DNA from: Spirochaetales bacterium
Lineage (GTDB): Bacteria > Spirochaetota > Spirochaetia > Treponematales > UBA12059
NCBI GenBank assembly: GCA_016928955.1
Contig: JAFGJV010000023.1
Location: 1-33,955, forward strand
Direction: 5' to 3'
DNA length: 33,955 nucleotides
In this document: piece by piece, positions 25,278 through 33,955 of the stretch
Numbering within the stretch: position 1 is the stretch's first letter
Layout of the letters: each line of letters starts with the position of its first letter
Made by a program: the position numbers and the translations under genes
Notes under the pieces: generated by a model
Told to the model about the DNA's origin: nothing
Databases searched by the model: none
The model's input: only the letters and a program-made list of their open reading frames with translations

Positions 25278-26495
25278 ATGGCGATATACGCGCTGGAAAA
25301 CGCTATCCAAAAATACGACTGGGGCGATCCGGACATCCTTCCCGTGTTTCTCGCAAAGGATAATCCGCACAGGGATCCGTGGGCGGAGCTGTGGATAGGC
25401 ACCCATCCCAAGGCCATGTCCCTGGCCATAACGCCCGGCGGGGCCAGGTTGCCCCTGGACCGCGTTCTGGACGGTGGCCTGACCGACGGGCGGCCGGCCC
25501 TGCCCTTCATGCTCAAGCTCCTGGCCGTGGCCAGCCCCCTGTCCATGCAGGTGCACCCCAGCGCCCGCAAGGCAGTGGAAGGCTACCAGCGCGAACAGCT
25601 GGCCGCCATACCCCTGGAAGCGGCGGAGCGCAACTACGTGGACCGCAACGCCAAGTCTGAGTTCGTGGTTGCCCTGGAACGCTTTGAGGGCATGTGCGGC
25701 TTCAGGCCCGTGGACGACATACTGGCCACCCTGCGCCTGGTGGCCGGGCCCCACCTCAAGGAGTACGTTGGCCGCTTTGCCGCCGACCCCTGCCGGCGGG
25801 AGCTGGCCGTCCTGTTCTACACGTTCATATCGATGAGCGAAAGCCGAAAGACAGACATCCTGTCCAAGATCAGGCCGCGCATAGACCGGCTACTCCAGAC
25901 AGAGCGGCCGGGCTCGCCCGTGGCAAGGGTACTTGGCTGGATACCGCGCCTCATGGACGCGTTTCCGGGGGATATGGGCGCCCTTGGCCCCATGCTCCTC
26001 AACACCTTTGAGCTGGAACCCGGCCAGGGCCTGGCCGTTCCTCCCGGCGAGCCCCACGCCTATTTCCGCGGCTTTGCGCTGGAAGCCATGGCAAGCTCGG
26101 ACAACGAGGTGCGCGGCGGCCTGACCCGCAAGCGCGTGGACATGCCTGAGTTCATAGCCGCCTTGAATTTCGACACTCCGCCCCTACAGATACAGGAACC
26201 GTCCCGCCGAAAAAGCGGCTTCCGCCCCTACGATGCCAAATCCGACGATTTCACGCTGGCCGTCATGGACCTGGACGGTCGTTACGCCCGCGCCCAGAGG
26301 CGCCCCGGCCCCGAACTCCTCCTGTGCGTGTCAGGCGGCCTTCGTCTGGAAGGCTCTGGCGGCGACGCCGTGGACCTGGCCCGCGGCCAGGCGGCGTTCG
26401 TGTCAAGCGACGAAACAGGCTACAGCATGACGGGGGCAGGAACCGTATTCAGGGCCCTTGGCGGATCGCGCATACGCGGTGTGCTGACGGCATGA
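25278..26495 (+). CDS. manA: Mannose-6-phosphate isomerase, class I
   Basis: YDWG, AELWIGTHP, LPFMLKLL, PLSMQVHP, HAY, EAMASSDNEVRGGLT. Confidence 0.92.
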   Translation: MAIYALENAIQKYDWGDPDILPVFLAKDNPHRDPWAELWIGTHPKAMSLAITPGGARLPLDRVLDGGLTDGRPALPFMLKLLAVASPLSMQVHPSARKAVEGYQREQLAAIPLEAAERNYVDRNAKSEFVVALERFEGMCGFRPVDDILATLRLVAGPHLKEYVGRFAADPCRRELAVLFYTFISMSESRKTDILSKIRPRIDRLLQTERPGSPVARVLGWIPRLMDAFPGDMGALGPMLLNTFELEPGQGLAVPPGEPHAYFRGFALEAMASSDNEVRGGLTRKRVDMPEFIAALNFDTPPLQIQEPSRRKSGFRPYDAKSDDFTLAVMDLDGRYARAQRRPGPELLLCVSGGLRLEGSGGDAVDLARGQAAFVSSDETGYSMTGAGTVFRALGGSRIRGVLTA

Positions 26496-26965
26496 CCATC
26501 TGGGCGGACGCAGACTCCCTTCCGCGCGAGGCACGGGAACTGATAGCCCGCAGGTGCAAGCCAGGGGGACCGGCGGCCGTATTTGTGGCCAACCGTCCCG
26601 TTCCCCTGCCCCCGGGCCCGTCCGTGACGGCGCTTGTGGTCGGGACCGCGGATGGAGCGGCAGACGGCTACATCATGGACAACGCGCGGCGGGGAGACCT
26701 GGTGGTGACCCGGGACATACCCCTGGCTGCCCGGCTCGTGGACGCGGGCATCGTCGCCATCAACGACCGCGGCGATATTTGGAACGACGGCACGGTGCGG
26801 GAACGCCTGTCGGCACGGGACCACGCGGCCGCTTTGCGCGATGCCGGGCTGGCCCCGCCGTTGTCCAGAGGCAGAACCTACGGCCAGAAAGAGCGTGCTG
26901 CCTTTGCAGCCGCCCTGGACAAGGCCTTGAGGCTTGCCGCATCACAGGGAAGTCCCGCGGGCTGA
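26492..26965 (+). CDS. YaiI/YqxD (DUF188) family protein
   Basis: MTIWADADSLP, FVAN, AAD, DLVVTRDIPLA; ATGA overlap with manA. Confidence 0.88.
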   Translation: MTIWADADSLPREARELIARRCKPGGPAAVFVANRPVPLPPGPSVTALVVGTADGAADGYIMDNARRGDLVVTRDIPLAARLVDAGIVAINDRGDIWNDGTVRERLSARDHAAALRDAGLAPPLSRGRTYGQKERAAFAAALDKALRLAASQGSPAG

Positions 26966-27018
26966 ACTCGAACCAGCAGGCTGTTGGCAAGCCGCGGACG
27001 CATGGCGCCAGCTGTCTC

Positions 27019-29034
27019 TTAGCCCCCGGGTCCGGATGCGCCGCTCCCGAACATGGCATGGACCTTGGACCAGGCGCTGGCCGCCTCGTCCTCGCTCAGG
27101 GGCTGTTCCTCTTCCCGCCAGCTGAGCAGTTCCTCGGGTATCTCGGCCAGGAACGGTGATGGCGAGCAGTCCACGGGCATGGCATTGCGCCTGCGTTGCC
27201 TGCATGACGATATGAGCAGGCGCTTCCTGGCCCGGGTGATGGCCACGTAGAACAGCCGCCGCTCCTCTTCCAGGTTGCCATCGCCTTCCTCCAGGGCGCG
27301 GGCGTGCGGTATGATGCCGTCCTCGCAGCCGGCTATCAGCACCACGTCGAATTCCAGGCCCTTGGCCGCGTGTATGGTCATGAGATTGACCTTGCCGCCC
27401 TCGTCCTCGTCCTGGTCGTCGCGCGTGATCAGGGATATGCGGTTGAGCCACGCGTAGAGGGTGGGATCCAGGTTGTCAGGATCCTTTTCCCAGGTGTCCA
27501 TGCCCTGGATCAGGCTTTCCAGGTTGAGGAATTTCCATTTGGCCGCCTTGTCGCTGTGCTGGTTCTCCGCGACCAGATAGCCCCAGTAGTCTATGGTGTC
27601 CACCAGCTTGCGGACCTTGAGCGCCAGGTTGCGCCGGCCCTTCATTTCCTCACGGAAGAATTCCAAAAGGCTCAGGAAGGAGTCCACGTCCTGTCGGGTG
27701 CGCTCGGGGAATTCCACCGTATGGTCGGAACGCACCAGCTGCATGGCCTGGCGCATGGAACAGCCGCGAGCGCGGGCTATCTCGGACAGGAGTTCCAGCG
27801 AGCGGCGGCCTATGCCCCGGCGCGGCACGTTGGCCACGCGTATCAGGTTGACGTCGTCGTCCGGATTGGCTATGGCCCGCAGGTAGGATATGACGTCCTT
27901 GATTTCCTTGCGCTGGAAGAAGCTGGTCCCGCCCGTGACGCGGTACGGTATCTGCGCCGCCAGGAAACCTTCCTCCAGGAAGCGCGTGAGGGCGTTGGTG
28001 CGTATGAGCACGCCGAACTGGTCGTAGCGCAGGCCATCCCGCAGCTTGATCTCCTTGATGGCCCGGGCTATGAATTCGCCTTCCTCCACCTCGTTGGCCG
28101 GCAGGTAGGCCTCTATGGCGGCGCCGCCCTCATGGGGGCTTTTGAGGTCCTTGGGCTTGCGGCTGGAGTTGTTCTGGATAACCGCGTTGGCCGCGTCCAG
28201 GATGGTGGTGGTGGACCGGTAGTTGCGGTACAGCGTGATTTCCTTGCGCTGCGGCCAGTCCTTCTCAAAGTTGATGATGTTCTCGTAGTTGGCGCCGCGC
28301 CAGGAATAGATGGACTGGTCGTCGTCGCCCACCACGCATATGTTGTCGCCGGCCAGGAGCCGCATCAGCCGGTACTGCTGGAGCGACGTGTCCTGGAATT
28401 CGTCAATCATGATGTAGCGGTACTGGTCGCGCCACGTGTCCCGCGCCTCTGGATACGCCTCGAATACGCGTATGGGCAGGCCTATGAGGTCGTCAAAGTC
28501 CACGGCGTTGTACGCCTTGAGGGCTGCCTGGTACTCGCGGTACACCTTCTCGTAATTGTCGCCGTCGTCCGTCCAGGTCTTGCGGCCTGTCTTGACGTCC
28601 GAGAACACCATGCCCGCCTTGGCAGGGTCGAAACTGTCCATGCGGAAACCGACCTCGCGGGCGCAGTCCTTGATCAGCTGGGTCCTGTCCACCTCGTCGT
28701 AAATGGAAAAATTGTCGCGCCAGCCAAGCCGGTGGATTTCCCGCCTGAGTATTTTAACGCCGAAGGAATGGAAGGTGCTAACGGTCAGGTTCTGGAGTTT
28801 CTTGCCGGTCACGTGCCGGACGCGCTCGGCCATTTCCCGCGCGGCCTTGTTGGTAAAGGTGAGCGCCAGGATGGCTGACTGGGCCACGCCCTTGTCCAGC
28901 ATGTAGGCGATGCGGTAGGTGATGACCCTGGTCTTGCCGGAACCGGCGCCGGCTATGATGAGGAGGGGGCCGTCCACGGTGGTGACGGCGTCGTACTGCT
29001 CGGGGTTGAGTTCAGCTTTGTAGTCAAGATGCAT
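27019..29034 (-). CDS. UvrD/Rep/PcrA family ATP-dependent DNA helicase
   Basis: LNPEQ, AGAGSGKT, TFTNKAA, DEFQD, VGDDDQSIYSWRGA, NYRS, TIHAAKGLEF, EERRLFYVAITRA; start at ATG 29034. Confidence 0.95.
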   Translation of the reverse strand: MHLDYKAELNPEQYDAVTTVDGPLLIIAGAGSGKTRVITYRIAYMLDKGVAQSAILALTFTNKAAREMAERVRHVTGKKLQNLTVSTFHSFGVKILRREIHRLGWRDNFSIYDEVDRTQLIKDCAREVGFRMDSFDPAKAGMVFSDVKTGRKTWTDDGDNYEKVYREYQAALKAYNAVDFDDLIGLPIRVFEAYPEARDTWRDQYRYIMIDEFQDTSLQQYRLMRLLAGDNICVVGDDDQSIYSWRGANYENIINFEKDWPQRKEITLYRNYRSTTTILDAANAVIQNNSSRKPKDLKSPHEGGAAIEAYLPANEVEEGEFIARAIKEIKLRDGLRYDQFGVLIRTNALTRFLEEGFLAAQIPYRVTGGTSFFQRKEIKDVISYLRAIANPDDDVNLIRVANVPRRGIGRRSLELLSEIARARGCSMRQAMQLVRSDHTVEFPERTRQDVDSFLSLLEFFREEMKGRRNLALKVRKLVDTIDYWGYLVAENQHSDKAAKWKFLNLESLIQGMDTWEKDPDNLDPTLYAWLNRISLITRDDQDEDEGGKVNLMTIHAAKGLEFDVVLIAGCEDGIIPHARALEEGDGNLEEERRLFYVAITRARKRLLISSCRQRRRNAMPVDCSPSPFLAEIPEELLSWREEEQPLSEDEAASAWSKVHAMFGSGASGPGG

Positions 29035-29045
29035 GAAATAACGCT

Positions 29046-29525
29046 TTACGCCTTCTTGATGAGGAACGACCAGGCCTCGGCCCCGAGTCCCACCACCAGG
29101 GTCACGACGGCTCCGGCGACCAGGACGCCCCCGGCCACCGCCAGCATGGTCTTCCGGCGGCTCAGGCCCAGGATCCAGCCTCCCAGCGTGCCCGTCCACG
29201 CCCCGGTCACCGGCAGGGGCACGGCCACGAAAAGGAGTATGCCCAGGTAGCCGTAGCGCTCTACCTTTTCATGCACCTTGGCGCGCGAGCGTTCCACAAA
29301 GCGGTCAAAGACGCCGGCGTACCAGCGCCATTTGTACAGAAGCTTGTGGAAGGTTTCCAGAAAAATATAGGCCACGGGCGCCACCAGCATGTTGCACAGG
29401 GTCGCCAGCAGGGCGGCTTCCCACAAGGGCATGCCTTTGGCCACGGCGTAGGGTATGGCGCCCCTGAGTTCGGACACGGGCAGGAAGGACAGGGCGACTA
29501 TGGTGGCGATGACGCTAAACGGCAT
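29046..29525 (-). CDS. Putative small multidrug export protein family (COG2426) membrane protein
   Basis: LPVSELRGAIP and FVAVPLPVTGAWTG motifs, four TM helices; start at ATG 29525. Confidence 0.88.
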   Translation of the reverse strand: MPFSVIATIVALSFLPVSELRGAIPYAVAKGMPLWEAALLATLCNMLVAPVAYIFLETFHKLLYKWRWYAGVFDRFVERSRAKVHEKVERYGYLGILLFVAVPLPVTGAWTGTLGGWILGLSRRKTMLAVAGGVLVAGAVVTLVVGLGAEAWSFLIKKA

Positions 29526-29618
29526 GGCCGGAGTGTAGCAAATGCGGCGGGCCCTCCGCAAGCCGCCTTGGGCCGTATCTTTAGGGAACCTCTAGCAGGA
29601 TGGTCATGCGGGGCCCCT

Positions 29619-30572
29619 TTAGCCCAGCCAGGCCAGAATGCGCGCGCGCACGCCCGGAAGATCGTCAGCGGAGAACCACTCGACACCGGGGAGGGCTCGC
29701 ATGAAGGTGAGCTGGCGCTTGGCGTAGCGCCGGGTACGGAGCTTGACGAGCCCGACGGCCTCGTCCATCCGGGCAAGACCGCGCTCAGCGTCGCCTCCGC
29801 CAAGCTCAAAGAACTCGGCGTAACCTATGGCCCGCATGCCGGGATCCTCAGGGCCGTACCCCTTTGCCACCAGCGCGCGCAGTTCATCCGCAAGGCCGGC
29901 CTTGACCATGGCGTCCACGCGTTGTTCCACTCGGGCGTACAGTTCCGCCCTTGGCCTGTCAATGGCCAGCGGGAGAACGTCCCAGCGGGCCCGGGGCCTG
30001 TCCGGCAGGGCGTACGACGACAACGGGCGTCCAGAGCTCCGGTACACTTCCAGGGCGCGGGTCAGGCGGTACGTGTCGTTGGGCTTGATGCGGGCAGCGC
30101 TAACAGGGTCAACGCGCTCGAGCTCGGCGCGCAGGAGCGCCTGCCCGCGCGTTGCCAGTTCGGCCTCGAGCTCCGCGCGAACGCGGACGTCGGCTACGGG
30201 CGCCGATGGGAGGCCCAGGATAAAGGCTTTGATGTAGAAGGCGGTACCGCCCGACAGCACGGGCAGGGCGCCCGAGCGTATGGCTTCCTCGCAGGCTGCG
30301 TCTGCAAGGCCCACGTAGTCGCCTACGGATATGGGCTCGGAAGGCTCACGGATGTCTATAAGGCGATGCGGCAGCCGGGCCTTAAGGCCGGCATCCGGCT
30401 TGGCCGCGCCTATGTCGAGCCCACGGTACACCTGCACGGAGTCCGCGGATACGACAACGACCGGCCGCGGGAAGGGCCGGTCGGTATCCAGGAAGAGTCG
30501 GGACAACAGCTCGGTCTTGCCCGACGCCGTCGGGCCAAAGAGGGCAAGGACCTTATTCGAAGCGGTAGTCAA
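29619..30572 (-). CDS. miaA: tRNA dimethylallyltransferase
   Basis: GPTASGKT, SADSVQVYRGLDIGAAKP, GGTAFY, RALEV, AIGY, TRRYAKRQLT; TTG start overlapping the rpoZ 3' end. Confidence 0.95.
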   Translation of the reverse strand: MTTASNKVLALFGPTASGKTELLSRLFLDTDRPFPRPVVVVSADSVQVYRGLDIGAAKPDAGLKARLPHRLIDIREPSEPISVGDYVGLADAACEEAIRSGALPVLSGGTAFYIKAFILGLPSAPVADVRVRAELEAELATRGQALLRAELERVDPVSAARIKPNDTYRLTRALEVYRSSGRPLSSYALPDRPRARWDVLPLAIDRPRAELYARVEQRVDAMVKAGLADELRALVAKGYGPEDPGMRAIGYAEFFELGGGDAERGLARMDEAVGLVKLRTRRYAKRQLTFMRALPGVEWFSADDLPGVRARILAWLG

Positions 30573-30741
30573 TCTGCTTGGTGAACACCTGCCTCATGGA
30601 CAGGGAAACGACCTTGCCGTTGTTCTTCTCCACCTCGGGCGTCTTGAGCACGGCCAGGTGGTAGGCGCGGCGGTTGACAGCCACGGTGAACTGGTACGCG
30701 TTGCCATCATACTCTATCAGATCCTGCAAAGGCATGCTCAT
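30553..30741 (-). CDS. rpoZ: Probable RNA polymerase omega subunit
   Basis: 62 aa, NAYQFTVAVNRRAYHL...KVVSLS resembles the omega N.Y.L..AA.RA..L...K pattern; ATGA overlap with zapA. Confidence 0.7.
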   Translation of the reverse strand: MSMPLQDLIEYDGNAYQFTVAVNRRAYHLAVLKTPEVEKNNGKVVSLSMRQVFTKQIDYRFE

Positions 30742-31085
30742 CCGGTTTCTCCGTTGTGTCCCGGGCGAGTTTTTTGGTCCCCGCCCAGGCTCTGGTCTAT
30801 TCGCGCTATAAGCCTCTCGGCCACCTTGCCCAGCTCGGCGTCGGCCGTGGCGGCAAGCTCGCCGCCAACGGCGGAGTCCACCGCCGCGCGCGACAGCTCA
30901 TCCACCAGGTATATGGCCGCAAGTATGGACACTTTCAGGGGATCGTCCACCCCGGTGCCCCTGCGCACCGAAGCGTAACGCCTCCGGAGCTCGGCGACTA
31001 TCGATTCAAGGTACGCCCTGCTCTCGTCGGTCTGTATAGTAAACGAGGCGCCCAGGAGCTCCACGCGCAGGGTCTCTACGGGCAC
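30738..31085 (-). CDS. zapA: Cell division protein ZapA
   Basis: VELLGASFTI, YLESIV, KVSILAAIYLVDEL; follows a ZapB-like gene. Confidence 0.82.
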   Translation of the reverse strand: MPVETLRVELLGASFTIQTDESRAYLESIVAELRRRYASVRRGTGVDDPLKVSILAAIYLVDELSRAAVDSAVGGELAATADAELGKVAERLIARIDQSLGGDQKTRPGHNGETG

Positions 31086-31091
31086 GGCGGT

Positions 31092-31499
31092 CTAGAATAT
31101 GTCCAGGTCGACCTCGGCTTCGTCTGACTCGGCGGAGCCCGGGGCCACGGACGCCTGAGCGGAAGGGCCGGCCGCCGTCTTGGAGGCGGCGGGCGCCGCA
31201 GGGGCCGCCGGACCAGAGGCGGGCGCTTTTGCCGCCGGGGCCGGTGCCGCGGGAGCCTTGGACGAACCCAGGGCGTCCTCAAAAGCGTCCAGCTTGCGCA
31301 GGGCGTCTAGAATGCCTTCTTCGATTCTGGACTGATCCTTCTGGAAATCCTTGACGCTTGCCTCGAGTTCGGCAGCCCTGCTTTCAGCCGCGGCCACGCG
31401 TCCTTTGAGGGACGCGTTCTCGGCCCGCAGGGCGCCTATCAGGCCAAGAGCCTTCTCAACGCGAGATTCCAGCGCCTTGACCTGATCGAGGGTGAGCAT
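31092..31499 (-). CDS. zapB: Cell division protein ZapB-like coiled coil
   Basis: LDQVKALESRVEKALGLIGALRAEN coiled coil, Ala/Pro linker, C-terminal LDIF; lies between rplT and zapA. Confidence 0.75.
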   Translation of the reverse strand: MLTLDQVKALESRVEKALGLIGALRAENASLKGRVAAAESRAAELEASVKDFQKDQSRIEEGILDALRKLDAFEDALGSSKAPAAPAPAAKAPASGPAAPAAPAASKTAAGPSAQASVAPGSAESDEAEVDLDIF

Positions 31500-31505
31500 T
31501 CGTCC

Positions 31506-31865
31506 TTACGCCTTGAGGGCGGCCTTGGCCTGGTCGACCACGGCCTTGAAGGCGGCCTGGTCACGGGCGGCTATGTCGGCCAGCACCTTGCGGTCTATCT
31601 GGACATTGGCCTTGGCCAGGCCTTCTATGAAGCGATTGTAGGCCAGGCCCTCTGCGCGGCAGGCCGCGTTGATGCGCACGATCCACAGGCGGCGGAACTG
31701 CGACTTGCGGTCCCTGCGGTCGCGATAGGCGTACATGAGGGACTTGGCCACCGCGTCCTTGGCCGTCTTGTGGTTGGTGGACCGGCGTCCCCAGAAGCCT
31801 TTGGCAAGCTTCAGGATTTTTTTGCGGTGGTCCTTGCGTTTTGTACCGGCAACTGCTCTCGGCAT
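31506..31865 (-). CDS. rplT: 50S ribosomal protein L20
   Basis: KKILKLAKGFWG, YAYRDRR, FRRLWIVRINAA, IDRKVLA. Confidence 0.97.
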   Translation of the reverse strand: MPRAVAGTKRKDHRKKILKLAKGFWGRRSTNHKTAKDAVAKSLMYAYRDRRDRKSQFRRLWIVRINAACRAEGLAYNRFIEGLAKANVQIDRKVLADIAARDQAAFKAVVDQAKAALKA

Positions 31866-32025
31866 GGTATTGCTCCTTGGATGCTGTACACGGCCGCCCG
31901 CTCCAAACGCTGGAGACCGGCGGCCGCTTCATGCGCCGTGAGGCGCCTTTGGGCCACGTGGGCCCTGTATAGAGCGCTGTACGGTCGCGGATCTCGGGCC
32001 CGAACGGGGCGACGAGCCCTTTACC

Positions 32026-32226
32026 TTAACCGTACGGAAGCAGCTTCTTCTTGATCTGATAGACCGGACCGGCTGCCACATAGCCGGCCTTGCGGAGCTG
32101 TCGCTTGCGCTTGGTGGTCTTCTTGGTCAGGATATGGCGAAGGTTCATCTTCTTGTACTTCACCTTGCCGTCAGCGGTCAGCGTAAAGCGCTTGGCCGCG
32201 GCCCGCTTGGTCTTCATCTTGGGCAT
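32026..32226 (-). CDS. rpmI: 50S ribosomal protein L35
   Basis: [14 protein letters not shown]...RHILTKK..KRKRQLR. Confidence 0.97.
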   Translation of the reverse strand: MPKMKTKRAAAKRFTLTADGKVKYKKMNLRHILTKKTTKRKRQLRKAGYVAAGPVYQIKKKLLPYG

Positions 32227-32239
32227 GACTGTCCGTCCT

Positions 32240-32818
32240 TCAGTTGTTCGTTTCAGCTTCCGCCTTGGCCGCTGGCTTGGGAGCCTCGGCCTTTTTGACG
32301 GGAGCCGCCTTGGGGCTCAGTATCATGGACATGAAGCGGCCTTCCATGGTTGGCGGCCTCTCCAGGTTATACAAACCTTCCACCCGGCCAAGGACGCTTT
32401 TAAGGACATCCTCGCCGATCTCGGTATGCGCCAGCTCGCGGCCGCGGAAACGGATGGTCACCTTGACCTTGTTCCCCTCGCCCAGGAACTCGCGCACGTG
32501 TTTCGACTTGAAGTCGAGATCGTGGTCGTCGATCTTGGGCTGCATCCGGATTTCCTTGATCTTGACGATCTTCTGGTTTTTCCGGTTGTCCTTGAGCTTT
32601 TTTTCCTGCTCGAACTTAAATTTGCCGTAATCGAGGATCTTGCACACCGGCGGACTGGACTGGGGGGCGATCTCGACGAGGTCGAGCCCCAGATCACGTG
32701 CCATTTTGAGGGCATCCACAGTGGATATAACGCCCTTCTGCTCGCCCTGATCATCGATCAGTCGCACTTCCCGGACCCTGATCTGCTCATTGGTCCGCAG
32801 GTTCTTGTTGTCCGCCAA
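32240..32818 (-). CDS. infC: Translation initiation factor IF-3
   Basis: [48 protein letters not shown] start behind AAGGAGG. Confidence 0.97.
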   Translation of the reverse strand: MADNKNLRTNEQIRVREVRLIDDQGEQKGVISTVDALKMARDLGLDLVEIAPQSSPPVCKILDYGKFKFEQEKKLKDNRKNQKIVKIKEIRMQPKIDDHDLDFKSKHVREFLGEGNKVKVTIRFRGRELAHTEIGEDVLKSVLGRVEGLYNLERPPTMEGRFMSMILSPKAAPVKKAEAPKPAAKAEAETNN

Positions 32819-32861
32819 TGGACCTCCTTCGGTTACCCTACAAATATCGAACGTGTGAGCC

Positions 32862-32891
32862 AGTCTAGCATATATCGTACAGCCGCGTCAA
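32862..32891 (-). promoter_or_regulatory. Sigma70-type promoter of the infC operon
   Basis: TTGACG-N18-TAGACT with TG extended -10. Confidence 0.65.
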
Positions 32892-32961
32892 AGGGTCAGG
32901 AGCGCAAAGACCCTGAAAGCTCGTATTGCGCGGACAGCTGCGGCCATGCTAGCCTTTGGGC

Positions 32962-33594
32962 ATGTATGCGTTCAGCCTGCTTATGTTCCCTCTGGCCGTG
33001 CCCGCCCTCCTGGCCTGGCGCCGCCCCGAGTCCGGAAATTCGTACAGAATGGCCATACGTGGGGCCATCCTTGCCCTGCCCGCCCTCCTGGCCTGGCACC
33101 TCCTGGGCTTTGCCCATCAGCCAGCCTGGGGCTCGGTGCTATTGGCCGGCTCGTTTTTCCTCCGTTACTTTTTCCTGCCCTTTGCCCTCATGTGGGCCCT
33201 GTACGCCTTTGCCGGGGGGCTGACCGACCTGCGCAGGGGCTCAGGCTACACGGGTTGTATGCTCTTTGCCCTGGGCTACCTGTCCGTCTTCAACGTGGCG
33301 CACGTGGTTAACCTGTGGACGGAAGCCTATGTGGCCTTTGCCGTGGTTCTGCCCGTGCTTCGGTTGTCGGCAGCCCTGGCCGTGCCTGCCCTCCTGGAGG
33401 AAGCCGCCAGGGACGGCATGCCCGACGGCCTGAAGTGGATAGCAGCGGCCGCCGGCCTGACCCTGGCCCAGGCCCTTGGCCTGGCGCTGTTCTTCCTTAG
33501 GGTGGAATGGCTCGGGCTGATACTGTCCGCCGGAACGGCGGCCCTGGGCGCCTTTGTGGGGCTCAGGCGGCTGGCCAGGGAACCGGGCAGATAG
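32962..33594 (+). CDS. Hypothetical multi-pass membrane protein
   Basis: About 210 aa with 6-7 hydrophobic helices; TTGCGC-N18-TAGCCT ends 6 nt before ATG 32962. Confidence 0.75.
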   Translation: MYAFSLLMFPLAVPALLAWRRPESGNSYRMAIRGAILALPALLAWHLLGFAHQPAWGSVLLAGSFFLRYFFLPFALMWALYAFAGGLTDLRRGSGYTGCMLFALGYLSVFNVAHVVNLWTEAYVAFAVVLPVLRLSAALAVPALLEEAARDGMPDGLKWIAAAAGLTLAQALGLALFFLRVEWLGLILSAGTAALGAFVGLRRLAREPGR

Positions 33595-33609
33595 CCGCAA
33601 AGCAAGGTC

Positions 33610-33683
33610 TGGGACCAGGGCGGCTCGAACGCCCCACCTGCTGCTTAGAAGGCAGCTGCTCTATCCAGATGAGCTATGATCCC
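33610..33683 (-). tRNA. tRNA-Arg(UCU)
   Basis: Cloverleaf GGGATCA/TGGTCCC acceptor, GCTGC-CTTCTAA-GCAGC anticodon arm, GTTCGAG T-loop; CCA not encoded. Confidence 0.95.
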
Positions 33684-33712
33684 ACGGATGCCGCGCTGTC
33701 TGGGCGCCGCTA

Positions 33713-33785
33713 TCGGGACGGTGGGATTCGAACCCACGATATCCAGCTCCCAAAGCTGGCGCCCTAGCCGCTGGGCCACGTCCCG
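33713..33785 (-). tRNA. tRNA-Pro(UGG)
   Basis: CGGGACG/CGTCCCG acceptor, CCAGC-TTTGGGA-GCTGG anticodon arm, GTTCGAATC T-loop; CCA not encoded. Confidence 0.95.
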
Positions 33786-33795
33786 GCTGGTGTCC

Positions 33796-33825
33796 TGTAT
33801 AGCCGGGTACGCCCCGCCCTGTCAA
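33796..33825 (-). promoter_or_regulatory. Promoter of the tRNA-Pro/tRNA-Arg pair
   Basis: TTGACA-N18-TATACA about 10 nt before the tRNA-Pro 5' end. Confidence 0.5.
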
Positions 33826-33955
33826 TATATGTAGGGAAGCTCCAAAAACACAACAATTCTCAGGCCTTGCATAGTGCCGCGAACCTTGTTGAAAATCGCG
33901 CAGAAGCAAGCGCGGCGCGTCCGCTTGGCGTAGCAGGGGCATCTCCGCTACTCCA

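Noticed and set aside
27304..28878. 524-aa + strand ORF
   Set aside because: Antisense to the well-supported UvrD-family helicase; typical high-GC shadow ORF
29271..30584. 437-aa + strand ORF
   Set aside because: Antisense to miaA and the COG2426 gene; no recognisable motifs
30553..30741. 6S RNA expected downstream of zapA
   Set aside because: zapA overlaps the next CDS directly, leaving no room
32090..33223. 377-aa + strand ORF
   Set aside because: Antisense to rpmI/infC and out of frame with the real membrane protein gene
33595..33785. tRNA genes as an integration site
   Set aside because: No integrase, duplicated tRNA 3' end or compositional shift nearby

Overview
GC-rich bacterial chromosome segment of mostly housekeeping genes. 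It is most likely from a spirochaete, inferred from gene content and from the infC-rpmI-rplT-zapB-zapA order. Envelope and division genes: MAF/DUF115-family protein, FtsI-like PBP, signal peptidase I, two LysM/M23 peptidases, a PEGA-like protein, a divergent polysaccharide deacetylase, a rhomboid, zapA and zapB. Translation and tRNA genes: tsaD, miaA, infC, rpmI, rplT, tRNA-Arg(UCU) and tRNA-Pro(UGG). DNA and metabolic genes: xth, a UvrD/Rep helicase, a JAB-DinG fusion, PNP, manA, kbl and a PIN-PhoH protein. I found no mobile element, prophage or CRISPR array. The most notable signals are: (1) an RpoS-like sigma factor behind a consensus sigma54 promoter in an insulated AT-rich region, resembling the Borrelia RpoN->RpoS cascade; (2) a 40-aa membrane microprotein absent from the ORF track, with its own promoter, RBS and terminator; (3) a 927-aa receptor-like protein whose cytoplasmic part is an acidic tail with 16 hexapeptide repeats; (4) a JAB/MPN-DinG fusion; (5) an HExxH/propeller/barrel protein; (6) several apparently leaderless promoters; (7) a structured, possibly sigma28-driven RNA element at the left edge. 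All calls come from reading motifs by eye; no database search was run. Many start codons are adjusted from the ORF track using RBS, promoter and overlap evidence.
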